Positions 13,515 through 25,017 of a stretch of 64,000 bases of DNA are shown here, piece after piece. Source of the stretch: Chlorokybus atmophyticus (Eukaryota > Plantae > Mesostigma and Chlorokybus algae). The notes below the pieces were generated by a model, which saw only the letters and a program-made list of their open reading frames with translations, made no database searches and was not told the origin of the DNA. Both the position numbers and the translations under genes were made by a program. Location of the stretch: NCBI GenBank assembly GCA_009103225.1, contig RHPI01002910.1, forward strand, positions 376,579-440,578, read 5' to 3'. Each line of letters opens with the position of its first letter. The stretch's first letter is position 1.

Positions 13515-14952
13515 CTAGCTTGTTGGATAAGGTGGTGGAGGCTCTTGTGGAGGCGGCGGTGATGCAAACATGTGTTGATGTGGCACGGATGCGTGTTGAT
13601 ACGGCTGGCTTGCGTGATGATGGTGATAGTGGTACTGTGCTGGGGTCGGGTACACGCCTGTTGCATGTTACACATAATTAGCCACCCATCTAATACACAT
13701 GCACGTGTGCATCCGCGTGCGCATGGACATCGCATGTGCTGTGTGTCCACCTGCTTGCTGTGGGTATGCTGCTGGACTGCCAAACTGGCCGTAGCCGTGC
13801 TGGTCTTGAGGAGGCAAAGGATGGCAAGGATGGTTTGGGTGGGACATCTGCTCTGGCTGCTGAGGCATGAAGGCGTTACTGTAGTGCTGCTGTTGTTGTT
13901 GTTGTTGTTGCTGCTGTTGTTGCAGCAGAGGCGTGTTGTGTTGCTGTGAGCTGCTGCCCGCCAGGCTGCGCATCTCACTATCGGCCCACTGCAGTGAAGG
14001 CGTAGACATGAGTACGCCAGTGAGGAGACACAAATTATACACTATATACACGTACACGTACACGTACACGTACACACATGCACACATGAACTCCTCCTCA
14101 CCCCCAACTTCAATGGCCTTCCGTACAGCGCGATGCCCTGCAAGAGGCGCATCGCGTACGCAGCGCCGCTCTCGCGCACAAACTTCACAAAGGCGTAATT
14201 CCTGTCCAATCAGAAGTGGTCGGTACACATGAGATAGATGTGGGAACTGGAATGACTGTGCAACTTGCCTTGGGCGATCGGTCGTTTTGTCGCGGGGGAT
14301 GGAGATGGAGTCTATGAGGCCAGCTTGGATGAACAGCTCGTACAGAAGCCTGTGCAGGTGGGCGGGTGGGCGGGTGCGTACACGCGTGCGCACACGCATG
14401 TGCAGTTCAGCGTGTGTAGGTTTGTGCGCATGCATGTGTGCATGTGCACTTGCATATACATGTGCACACGTGTACGTACACGCCCAAGTCTGCTTGTGTG
14501 CAGGCACATGCGAGGACGCTTTTGCACATGTGCATATGCGTTCAGCCGATGTGCATAGTCTTGACGCGTAGGTGCGTGCCTACTACGATGATGCAGATTG
14601 CGCATTCGAGACTTTGGGCACATTGTGTGCGTGTGAAATATGGCTGCGCATCAACCGCTGCCCATGCAATACACACACAGCTACATTGTCTGTCACTCTT
14701 ACCTCTCGTCCACGCGCTCGTCCAAGTTGCCTGCACCACACATTCGCACAACTTAACGTGCGCACGAGTATACGTGCGTGTGCCATGCGTGGGGGTGGGG
14801 GTGGAGTGTGTGGTGGGGGTGGGGTGTGGGGGTGGGTGTACACGCCGAGTAGTTGAGATTGCACCGGTATGCACGATGCGTATGCTAGCACACGTGGCAC
14901 GCACGCACGCAACGACCATAATCAAGTAAGAGATTGCGAGACACACATGTCA

Positions 14953-14996
<44 letters not shown>

Positions 14997-15468
14997 NGAG
15001 AGAGAGAGAGAGAGATTCATACGCATCAGTACACGCGAACACATGCATCCAGAACATCATATACAAGCACGGCGTATGCAATGTGCTACTATACGTACCT
15101 GTTCCCACCTAACCCCCACTCCTACCATGCCACACACAATGCCACCGAATGCCAATGTAGGAATCAAAATGACACACCTAATTTTAAGGCAGAAGTGTGT
15201 GTGTGTGTGTGTGTGGTATGTGTGTTGGGAGGGAGGGAGGGGTGGGGTGGGGGGTGTCAGCATGCACATACACAAGCATGTCCTCAACAACAGCACGCTC
15301 ACAGTGTCCACCCGCCAGTGTATATGTGCCCAAGCCAGCCAGTTCACATCAGGGGTCTGAAGCTGCAACACAATGATGCATGCCATGCCATGGATGGGTT
15401 CCCACTTGTTTGTCGTTCATACCCGCATGCAGAGTCATCAGCGCCCTCTCCGCCTCCTCGGGGGACAT
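13515..15468 (-). CDS. Single-RRM RNA-binding protein (RBM7/RBM11/SF3B4-like) with Gln/Pro/His-rich tail, 6 exons
   Basis: Exons 15468-15423, 14730-14703 (28 nt), 14349-14269, 14201-14102, then two tail exons. They give TLHAGNLDERVDERLLYELFIQAGLIDSISIPRDKTTDRPRNYAFVKF...GIALYGRPLKLG, with RNP2- and RNP1-like motifs. Confidence 0.8.
14955..15015. repeat. (AG)n microsatellite in RRM gene intron 1
   Basis: About 30 AG units with one N, seen directly. Confidence 0.97.
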
Positions 15469-15803
15469 CTCATGGACATCACCGCCCAGGGCGGAACACA
15501 CACACACACACAACCCCAACCGACACAAGGCAAAGAGAAAGTAAGAATACAAAGGTTTGAACAGGGGGCGGACAAAGACCAGTAAAACAAACAAAACTTA
15601 CTCACTCCGCCAGGCACTAACACAACAACAATCAAACTACACTCAGTAAGCTGAAGCTCTGAAGCCACATGCATTAAACCATCAGACACTTGACCTAATC
15701 GAGTGGCCCAGCACATCAGGGCGGCGGCGACGGCGACGGCGGCGTGCTTGGCAAGGGGGATCAGGGGGGTGACTTGCGGCCTCGGCCAGCACCGCCTGAC
15801 GCC

Positions 15804-18800
15804 ATGCAGCAGCAGCCGGCGGCGGCGGTGTGTCTCATGCGCTTCGACGGCGGGTCCAGGGGCAACCCTGGCCCAGCTGGGGCAGGGGCTGTGCTCACGA
15901 TCGGCGACAGGATTGTCGGTGAAGCCGCCGTCTTCATAGGCCGGTGAGGCCATCAGCATGCCGAGCTATCTCCATCTCCATCTGTTCATTGTCAAGCTGA
16001 TGGTGTTGGTCCGGCTGAGCAGATCTGCCAGTGATCTAGCATTGAGCTTGCATGCGTGGCATGCATTGCCGTCATTGTCGGAGAAAGAGAGTGTATTCGC
16101 ATATTTGGGTTTGACTACTGAAGGTGCCTTTCTTCTCCTCACATCCAGCGTCAGCCAGCTGGCTGCTTGCTCTTACAGTTGAGCATCCCCTCGTTTTATG
16201 TTGCGGATGAAGGCCTGATGATGTCATCCGGCAGGCAGTGTGTTGCATGTTTGATGGTGTACTTCAATGCTTGCGCTTGTTGCAACCGACACGTCTTTTC
16301 GTTGACGAGTTTGACGTCAATGCCAGACCGCATGCAATGTGCCTTGCTCGTTTAGTTCCATCAAGTTTCTTGTCATGGCTCAGTGTGCTGTTTGTTGGTT
16401 CAGTGTGCAAAATCTGTTGACAGTCTCAGCGCATGCAGCAGCCCGTGCCAAAGTGCGCGGCTACAGACAGGTTGAATGCATTGAAGCTGAGTTTGTTGGG
16501 CTGTCTGCGTGCATGCAGTGCCACGAACAACGAGGCAGAGTACACCGGTCTCATTGTCGGTTTGGAGATGGCGCAGCAGCTGGAGATCCAGGAGCTGAGG
16601 GTGGAAGGAGACTCTCAGGTCAGTGCACACAATTACATACACGCATGCACAAACCCACACACTCGCGCACATACATACATACCTGAGTTGCACGCACCCC
16701 TGCACGCGTATACACTTGTGCATGCGCATGTACCAGTGCATGCGCACATGCATGCCTACTGTTGTACCCAGCCACTCGTTGCTTCTGACCTGCTGTGTGT
16801 ATCATCTCGCTCAGTTGATAGTGAGGCAAATGAACGGCGAGTACCAAGTTAAGCAGCCTCACCTTCAACTGCTTCATCAGCGCGCGCGATCCCTTGCACG
16901 CTTCCACAACAGGAAATGCACCATTTCATACATCCCGCGCGCGCAGAACTCAAAAGTGAGCTTCTTGTACATTTGCATATTGATTGTTGATGTATTGCTT
17001 TGCATGTGACTTGATGTTGTTATTGATGTGGCAGGCAGACTCTTTGGCCAACGAAGCCATGGACACGCAAAAGTCCCGCACTTTCGTCCAGGACCCTGGC
17101 TTGCAGCTGGGGCAGCGCGTGGTTGATGATGCACGCAATGGCCAAGAAGCCACTTGCATGGCGGCAGCGAGCAACGTTGCCACAAGGTGAATGGCGCTTG
17201 TTGTGTCGGTCACACAAAGCCAACAGTACGTTAAGTAGATAGGTAGGCTCTGCAATTACAGCCTGAAGAGTGGGGCTCAGTTCAGTCCTTTTTCTGCTGG
17301 CCGCACAGCAGCAACGGCGGAGCTTCCACAATGAGGACGCCGCAGCAAGCAACTCCCATCGAAGCCCAAGCACAACAATACCAACATCCACAACAACAAC
17401 AACAACAACATGCACAACAGAGACACGTGTCCTCTTCTTCTGCTCTGCAGGCGGCTGTTCAGGCCGGCACATCTGAGCAGCAGCAGCCTGGCGCTGGGAG
17501 GCCTGCTGCTGGCGGGGTTGAGAGTGTGGGCTTTGCGTTGCCTGGCCCAACATCAACCACAACAACTTTCCCAACATCCCCAACACCCTCTACAACAACA
17601 ACATCATCAGCGCAGAGGCAACAAGAGGTACTCTGCCGCTGCGGCGTGCCCGCTTCCGTGCACGACGTGGCCGGCAAGTTGGGACCGAACACTGGCCGGC
17701 GGATACTCGCTTGCGCGGCCGCACGCTGCGAGTTCATCGTGTGGCAAGGCACAACATCCCCACCACCACCACCACAACAACAACAACACAACAATAACCC
17801 GGTTCCAGCTGCCCCTGACTGCACTCACGTCCCAACGCACACCTTTGAGATTAGGTATGTGGCTCTGGTGTGAACGTGTGTTGTCTGGAGCAGTGTTGTT
17901 GTGTAGTGCTCACGCTCATGTTGTTATCTGTCAGCCCCAAAGAGCCAGCTGGCAGGGGTCATACACGCTCGGCGTATCGCGTCGACGATGTGTCCGGCGC
18001 CTTGCAAGTGGCTGTCCCGTTCGCTTCAGCTGCTGTCAAGGCTGCGATAGAGAGTCAGATGCACAGCGCTGCGGTGGCCGACACGCAGCAGACCGTCGTG
18101 TACACCGTGCCGCCGGCCAACATCTCGCAGGTGATGCTGTTGTGCCATGTTATGTCTGACTTGTGTATAATTTGTATTAGACCACACACATATTATGGTT
18201 GTCCTGTCCGAGTGTCCTGGCCAAGTGTTGATTACAATGTTATTCATGCTACAAGTTGGGATGCGTATATGAGTGTCAACCCAAGTGGACTTGGACAACT
18301 GTTGTGCGCGCAGGCCGTGCGGGTTCTGAGCCAGTTTGAAGTCGTGCCGGAGGACATCATCCGCATGGGCCACAAGCGCAAGTAAGCCTTTTTGTCAAGT
18401 GAATGTTATATCCCCCCACTCGCGGTGTCAGTCAAGCACACAGCACGGTGTCTCTTACACACGCATGCGTGCACACACACACACACATACAACATGCGCC
18501 TTCCCCGGCCGCAGAGTGGAACCTCTGGCGGACGGGGAGTATGGTGCCATCCGTGTCACGGTCGTTGGGCAGCTGGCTGATATTGAGCTACCGCGTGCCG
18601 GGCACTTGGTACATGCGCGCGATAAGCATCATGCATCCCACCCAACAGATATACACAAGTCTGCCTAAGGGTTACTACTGTTAACTCATGAGCGCGCAGT
18701 GTGTAGCAGCAGTCCTGTGTGACATGCAAATGCAGAGTGTGACATGCACAACCTGTGTGGCGCAACCTCACTGCAACCGACTACTTCCATATTTGTGTGA

Positions 18801-19541
18801 TTGTGTGGTGGTTTGGTCTTGATATTGTTGCTACTGCTGCTCACTTGCAACTGCGTGCAGGACGCCCTCGTGAGGTCCCTTGATGTTGACTCGCGCCAGT
18901 GGCACGAGCGGGGCAAAGTGTGGACAGTTATGGCCAACACGTTGCCGAGTCTCGCGCGGCGGTGGAGAGACCTGGGCTACGCTTCTAACGACAATTTCCA
19001 GGACTACCTTTCAACACTATGCGGGAAACAGTTTGCTGCCACGTCACGCAACATCCCAGTATTGCGTCCGACGGCGTCGCCATTGAGTAGCGTTGTGAAG
19101 CCGGAAGATGTTGTGTACGTTACGGGCAGCATGGGCCGGCGCGGGTCGCCATGGTGGAGAGCGAAAGTTAGTATTTTCAACACTTCACCAGGTCACGTGG
19201 ACAGCTTGTCTCAGGAAAAGTGTTGACACTTACACTGCTTACCCCCAACTGTATCAGTGTTGTGTAAATTATACCTGTTGAGCAATGTCTGCAGTTGGTG
19301 CGGTGTGCAATTTTGGGATGACGATGATGACGGTGATGATGATGATGTTATTGGTTGTGACTATTTCGTTGTTGACTCTCTGGAGGTGGCAGCACCCTTA
19401 GGTCGTGACCCCGAACAGGGCTTCTGTACAAGCGAGCTACAGCGGGCTTTGTGTCTTGTGCAGCAAGCTGCGATGTCTCCTTGTTACTTGTCAAAATGTA
19501 TCATCTCCCTCTGCGGGCCCAGCAGTATCATGGCAGTATAA
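15804..19541 (+). CDS. RNase HI (archaeal/plant-like) fused to Q-rich linker, GRF-type Zn finger and two HARP-like repeats; 3' end uncertain
   Basis: FDGGSRGNPGPAGAG...ATNNEAEY...VEGDSQLIVRQM...YIPRAQNSKADSLANEAMD carries all four acidic catalytic residues. It is followed by CRCG...GPNTGRRILAC...CEFIVW (GRF) and ...LVRSLDVDSRQWHERGKVWTV. Nine exons join in frame with GT-AG junctions up to ~19170; the last exon is ambiguous (stop ~19320 or 19541). Confidence 0.8.
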
Positions 19542-20151
19542 GTAGCTCGCCTCATCTATGAGCCACTGCCCACACACAACCCCTCACATGTGAGGGTTGG
19601 TTGTCCAGATCATGGTCGCTGTCCTGGTCGTCCTGGTCGCGGTCTAACCTCTCCCTCTCCCTCTCCCCCTCTGTGCTTCTTTGTGCACTTCTGCAGGTAC
19701 TTGCTGCAGCCCTGTCCTGGCCGTTCTGCTGCTGCCCAACCTACCCACGGTCCAGCATTTGCACATAAATCCCAGCCCCCGTAGTTGTATATAAGGGGTA
19801 TGGTACGGTGGCAGCATGCATGGTGTGGACAACTAAGTTGCTTGCAGTTGCTGTGTTGCAGCTTGAAATCCTATGTGTTCGCTTGATTGTTTGCCTACGC
19901 AAACTGGCCCCTTTCTCTGCACTACCCTATGTGACAGGCATTGACTTCTTTTACTGCCGAGTTGCACACCAGTGGCTTGCACACGTGGTTAAGAAGTACG
20001 TTGTCTCTCGTGAGTAATTCAATCAACATGCAGACACACCAGCAACAGAGCGCAACAACGTGCAGCAGTCAGTTCTGCACAGCAATTGCCATCAACGAGT
20101 CAACCAATTCAACGCATTCAATACTACACACTCGCTACAAGCAACCAGCAT

Positions 20152-22097
20152 TCAATGTTGCTTTGCAAACACTGTCTGCAGCCGTTCCTCCTCGGGCAAG
20201 ACCTCCCAATTCGGGCTCTGCATGGCCCTCAGCCACCTGAAGTCATCCACCTGTTGCCACAACTCATTCTCCCCATCCAGCTGCGCAGCCGCCAAATCAC
20301 TCTCCACACCCTCATACTGATACACATACGGTGCGAATCGCACGGCACACGTGTGTTCGACAATTGGCCTGCTCCTAACTCTGAGATAGAAATCACTCCA
20401 ACTTGTGTTGTGTATGCGTATCTGATGCGAGGCCAACACGAGCACGCTGTCTGTCACGTCTTCTATGAGTACAGCACCGGAGACGGGCCCGCAGTACACG
20501 CGGCAATTGGTCAATTTGTTGATGAAGAGGGCAGCCAGCTGGCCGCACACGTACACCGTGCAGTCGGTGAGGTTGGAAAGAGTCAAGTCCTGGCCCTGGA
20601 TCTCTGATCTGTTCTTCACAATGGTGATGTTTGTTTCATTGCGGATGCTGCAGCCATCAGACAAGTACGAGCAGCTGGTAGCAGCAGACTCCAGTTGTGT
20701 TGTACTGGCACCGTTACTGTTGTCATTGTCATTGTTATTGTTGTTGTTGTTGTTGTTGTGTGCTGCCTGTTGTGTTGTTGACGAGGAGGAAGGAGACTTT
20801 TTACTCTTGCCGGCGAATGCGAACTTGCGTTTGGGCGCTGCTTCTGCTCGTAGTGACGCGATGGTTTCTCTCAGGGCTGTTATGGCGGCTTGGCAGGTCC
20901 GCACGTCGTAGGCTGGCAGGTAGTACGCCGCGTCCGCCACTTCCCTTTCCAACTCAGCAACCTGCAAACATGAAGCAAGCAAACCATTTTCAGCTCGGTT
21001 TCCAACTTTGCCAGGAGAATAGAACACGTCGTCGTATATCAGTACTGGATGTGATGAGTGTGAGTGTTGCGATGCTTGTTGTCGCATCCAAGTGACACCA
21101 CCCTGACCCTGCCCAAGCGCATGAGCGCGTGTGCATGCGTGCATGCGTGCGTGTGTATGCGCGCAGGTGTGAGCACGCGCGTGCACATGTTCGTGTGTGC
21201 GATCGTTTGCATGGGCATACGCACATACGTGTGCGATCGTTTGCATGCGTCCATCCGCATGTATTACAGTGCATCCACCTGCGTGGCGACCTCATCCACC
21301 CGCCTTCTCCTCTCCACCTCCGTCTCCGCGTCCACACTCACGCTCGCGAAGCTGTCCCTGACTGCCTCCTCGCGCGAGCGGAACCGCTGCCAGAAGCGCG
21401 ACGCGTCCTCGGACGGGGCGGAGGAGGCGGACAGAGCCTCGCGGCGACGGTGGATGTCGGCCTTACTGCAAATTGAGTGGTATGAAATTTGGATACTGAT
21501 AGTGAGAGACGGTGACGTGGACTTGTAGGCGAGTATGTGAGGTGTTGGTGTGTGCACGCATGCACGCGCATGTGCATGCCCTTGCAGCTGTGGTACGTGT
21601 GCATGCTCGCGTTCGCATGGGTGCGTGCATGCGGACTTCGCACAAACACACAACACAACACCACGAACGGTCAAACACCTTGGTAGACCACCAGCCACTG
21701 ACAATCACAAGTACACGCAACAAAACGAACACTCTTCACACACATGAGCAGAAAAATTATGGTTGCATATGCAAAACGAGTCAGGTTTATCTGGCGAGCA
21801 CGGACTTTTGGTTTGAAAAATTGTCGAGGGGAATACCGTGGCATGCACTGCATGTGCACACCCAATCACTGTCAAACAACATGTATATATCGTGAAGTTG
21901 CTACAACATGTGTATATATTGTAGAACTCAGCACCAAGCAAGCAAACAAACAATCCATCAATCAAGCAGCTCACTGACTTGACTTACCGTGCAGCGTCGC
22001 TGGCAGCTAGACGGTCGGCCACCCCGGACTCCCGCGCCGCCAGAGCAACATCCACGCCGGTGTCAATAGCTGCGTCTGACTCCTCCACAGCCACCAT
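20152..22097 (-). CDS. TBCC: Tubulin-folding cofactor C, 3 exons
   Basis: YYLPAYDVRTCQ...PKRKFAF followed by the beta-helix LSNLTDCTVYVCG...GPVSGAVLIED...ASHQIRIH...DFYLRVRSRPIVEH...RFAPY...VDDFRWLRAMQSPNW. Confidence 0.92.
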
Positions 22098-22806
22098 CTT
22101 CCCCTCCTGCTCCTCCTCCACTGTCTCCTGCTCCTCCTCCTCCTGCTCCGCCGCCGCCAGACTGCCCAGTACGGTTAATTTGGCTAACCAGGCCTCGACG
22201 CAGTTACAACGTAGCCGCCCTTTGCCGTATCGAAGGCGCTGTATCGCGTGAGAAAGATACCCGACGTGTACGCGTTACGTCTACCAGCCACACGACGAAT
22301 CAACGTAACCCGCAGCCCAATGGAGTCAGGTCGCGTTGTAAGACAGGACATCCTGCTTGCCTTCACATGTAAGTTACAGCGAACCTTTTCCCCGCAGCAA
22401 ACCGACCTCCATCTGCGGACGCTTGTGACATGACGAATCCAATACTTCCTTAGATAATCGTCAAGGCGTTGGGCACAGCCTGCAACTTAGTAAGTAAGAT
22501 GACAGATCGCAGGGTCTCTTTACATCCAGGGTCGTCAACGCAACTACAGTGGATAAAAGGGTCTCCCCTACGCGATCTCTGATTGGCTTCCTTACTGCAA
22601 GCGCAGGCCAGTCTTTGATCGAGACGCGACGCGCGCTGCTAGTTAGCAGTTTTCAGCCGCGGCGGGGCATCGCGGGCTGGGCTAGGGTTTCGTTCAACTT
22701 TGTGCATTTGGTGAAGGGTGCTGTGCGCGTGGTTGGTGTGGTCGGTGTCATCAGTAAAGGCGGCGAAGGAGTCGAGGGTGTGGTTGCCAGTGTGATCTTT
22801 TGCGAA

Positions 22807-23795
22807 ATGGCGTCCGCTGTCGCTGCCCAGACCGCTGTGTCCCTGCGGCGGGAGGTCCAGGGCCTCCGCCTGCGCCCCACCCCCCAGCCCCAGGCTGGCG
22901 CTGTGGTGAGTTCTTGCTATGCTTGGATGGTGCGTTGCAGCTTCCATCTGCACAGTATTTCCGTTTGCGAAAGCTATACGGAGGAAGGAACATGTGCATG
23001 ACCTGAACTGGCACATGGCACGCCCTGGCTGCTGGAGCTTTTGTCTTCAGTGCGTGTGCTCTCCATAATACATCGAATGTAGTGCACAGCAAGTCTCAAC
23101 CCTACAACATGGGTGGTTGCAAGGTGTGTCAAGTCAAGCAGTGGTATGCTTGATGGTGTCAAGGTGCTGACTTGCATGCTTGTGCAGCGCATGGTCGTTA
23201 GGAGCAAGCGCACCATTCCCGAGGGCGCCCGCTGCGACTACCTGGGCTCCCCCACCAACCTGGTGAGTTTAAAGGCAGGATGACCATAGATCGCACAATG
23301 CATTCCACCTGGCGATTGCAGGATGACTCGTTGGCATGAGTGCATGCGCAAGCGTTCCAAGGACCAAACAAACGTCTGGGGCTTGTTTGCGTATGCGCTT
23401 AGATTATGTCCTAAGCTTTGTTCCTGGCTGATAGCTTGTTAGCTCTGTGTGAGGTATTAGGGGGTTGTATGAGCTGTTATGGCTGTGGGTAATATCACCT
23501 GAAGTACGTCGGACCAATCATTAGCATCTAAATACTAACCTCTCCTCCCTCCCCTTCCCTTTCCCAGATCATGATCGCCTCCACCACGATCATGCTCTTC
23601 GCCGGCCGCTTCGGCCTGGCCCCCGCCGCCAACAAGCGCACGACGGCGGGTCTGAAGCTGTACGACGCCCCGATCGGTCAGAGCACCGGCGACCCCGCGG
23701 GCTACACCGGCACCGACGTCCTGACGCACGGGAGCATCGGACACCTGCTCGGAGTGGGCATCGTCCTGGGACTCAGGGCCATCGGAAACCTGTAG
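22807..23795 (+). CDS. psaK: Photosystem I subunit PsaK with chloroplast transit peptide, 3 exons
   Basis: Exons 22807-22905, 23188-23262 and 23568-23795 give [32 protein letters not shown]...TGDPAG...[15 protein letters not shown]. Strong GC3 codon bias. Confidence 0.97.
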
Positions 23796-24539
23796 AGTGG
23801 CGGTCATGACTCGACAGAAGCCTAGTCCTTGGCGTCGTCGTAGGTCTGACTGGTGATGATGCATCTTTGAACTCTGGACACACACACACATCTCTGTATA
23901 TTGATATAAACCACATTATCTCTTCGTATTGGGGATTGGTGGTGCACATGCGCTTGGTGCTTGGCTTGTGCGTCTTATGATGGAGTGCTTGCTCGAAGTA
24001 GACAGCGAATGTTGTGTGAAATTGGTATGCGCATGGTTGCTTGATCTTGGCATGTACTATGGACACAGTGTCACGAGCTTGTGTAGAACATGTTTGTGTC
24101 GCGAGATGCATGCCAACTGCACCTAATACGAGGAATGCATAACCAAGAACTGGCTTGAATGCCGAATGTTGACAAGCTCTTCTGTAGTCACATTGCATGC
24201 AACATCAAACACACATGGCACCACCTTGAGTGTGTGTGCCTCGCTCACAAACCCCGGTATGTATTTCCTACGGATATTGGTGCAAAAAGCAAGAGCTGCC
24301 CCGATAACGGCATCAACAACACAAGTTGACACCGGAAGGAAGTTAAGGACAATTGTGATCTACATTAGCCCTGCATGCTGCAGGTTGCATCGCACAAGGG
24401 TCACTATGGTATTTCAATCAAGTGACTGTCATCCTGGCCAGCTCGGGACACAGTAGAGCATAACTGGTCTCACTCACACACACTGTGCAACACAACGCGC
24501 ACTGCACGCATCTGATAAGCTCTGTGCGTGTTGCTTAGG

Positions 24540-24603
24540 CCAGGACTATGGCACGTGTCGTGCCATAGTCCTGGTAGCCATGGTCGTGTCGGCCATGGAT
24601 ACC
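24540..24603. repeat. Twin adjacent hairpins with identical CG-TGT-CG loops
   Basis: CCAGGACTATGGCACG-TGT-CGTGCCATAGTCCTGG is a perfect 16-bp stem. It is followed by GGTAGCCATGGTCG-TGT-CGGCCATGGATACC, a 14-bp stem with 2 mismatches. Confidence 0.9.
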
Positions 24604-25017
24604 GATGCCAACAAGCTCAACAAACGCAAGACAATGCACAAGTTGCAAGTTAGTTGTAAGTCATAGGCAAGGCAAAGCGTTGGCAAAAGCAAGTCGTGTG
24701 CTGGGGCCCCACAGCAGCACGCTCAACAAGGTCGGAAAGGCAGCAACAGGTAGCAACAGCGCCTCGCACGAAGCAACACGCCACAGTGAGCAAGCTGCCA
24801 AAAGGGATCGCAGACACGCTGAAGACTCTATCTAGTTGTGCCTTGACGACGCACACCAGCTTCCACATCGTGGCAAGCTCCGGCTAACCCCATGCAGCAA
24901 CCACCACGTGCAGCAGAGTCGCATATTTAGCGTTGCAACGCACAAAACTCTCTCACAAGCACTCTTACACAAGCACACAAAAGACAATGACTTGCCACTT
25001 GGTCTGCCCTTTTGTCA

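Noticed and set aside
13400-21700. Many 100-200 aa ORFs rich in C/V/H/T/M/A in the ORF track
   Set aside because: They are translations of CA/TG/GCAT low-complexity introns or antisense to real exons.
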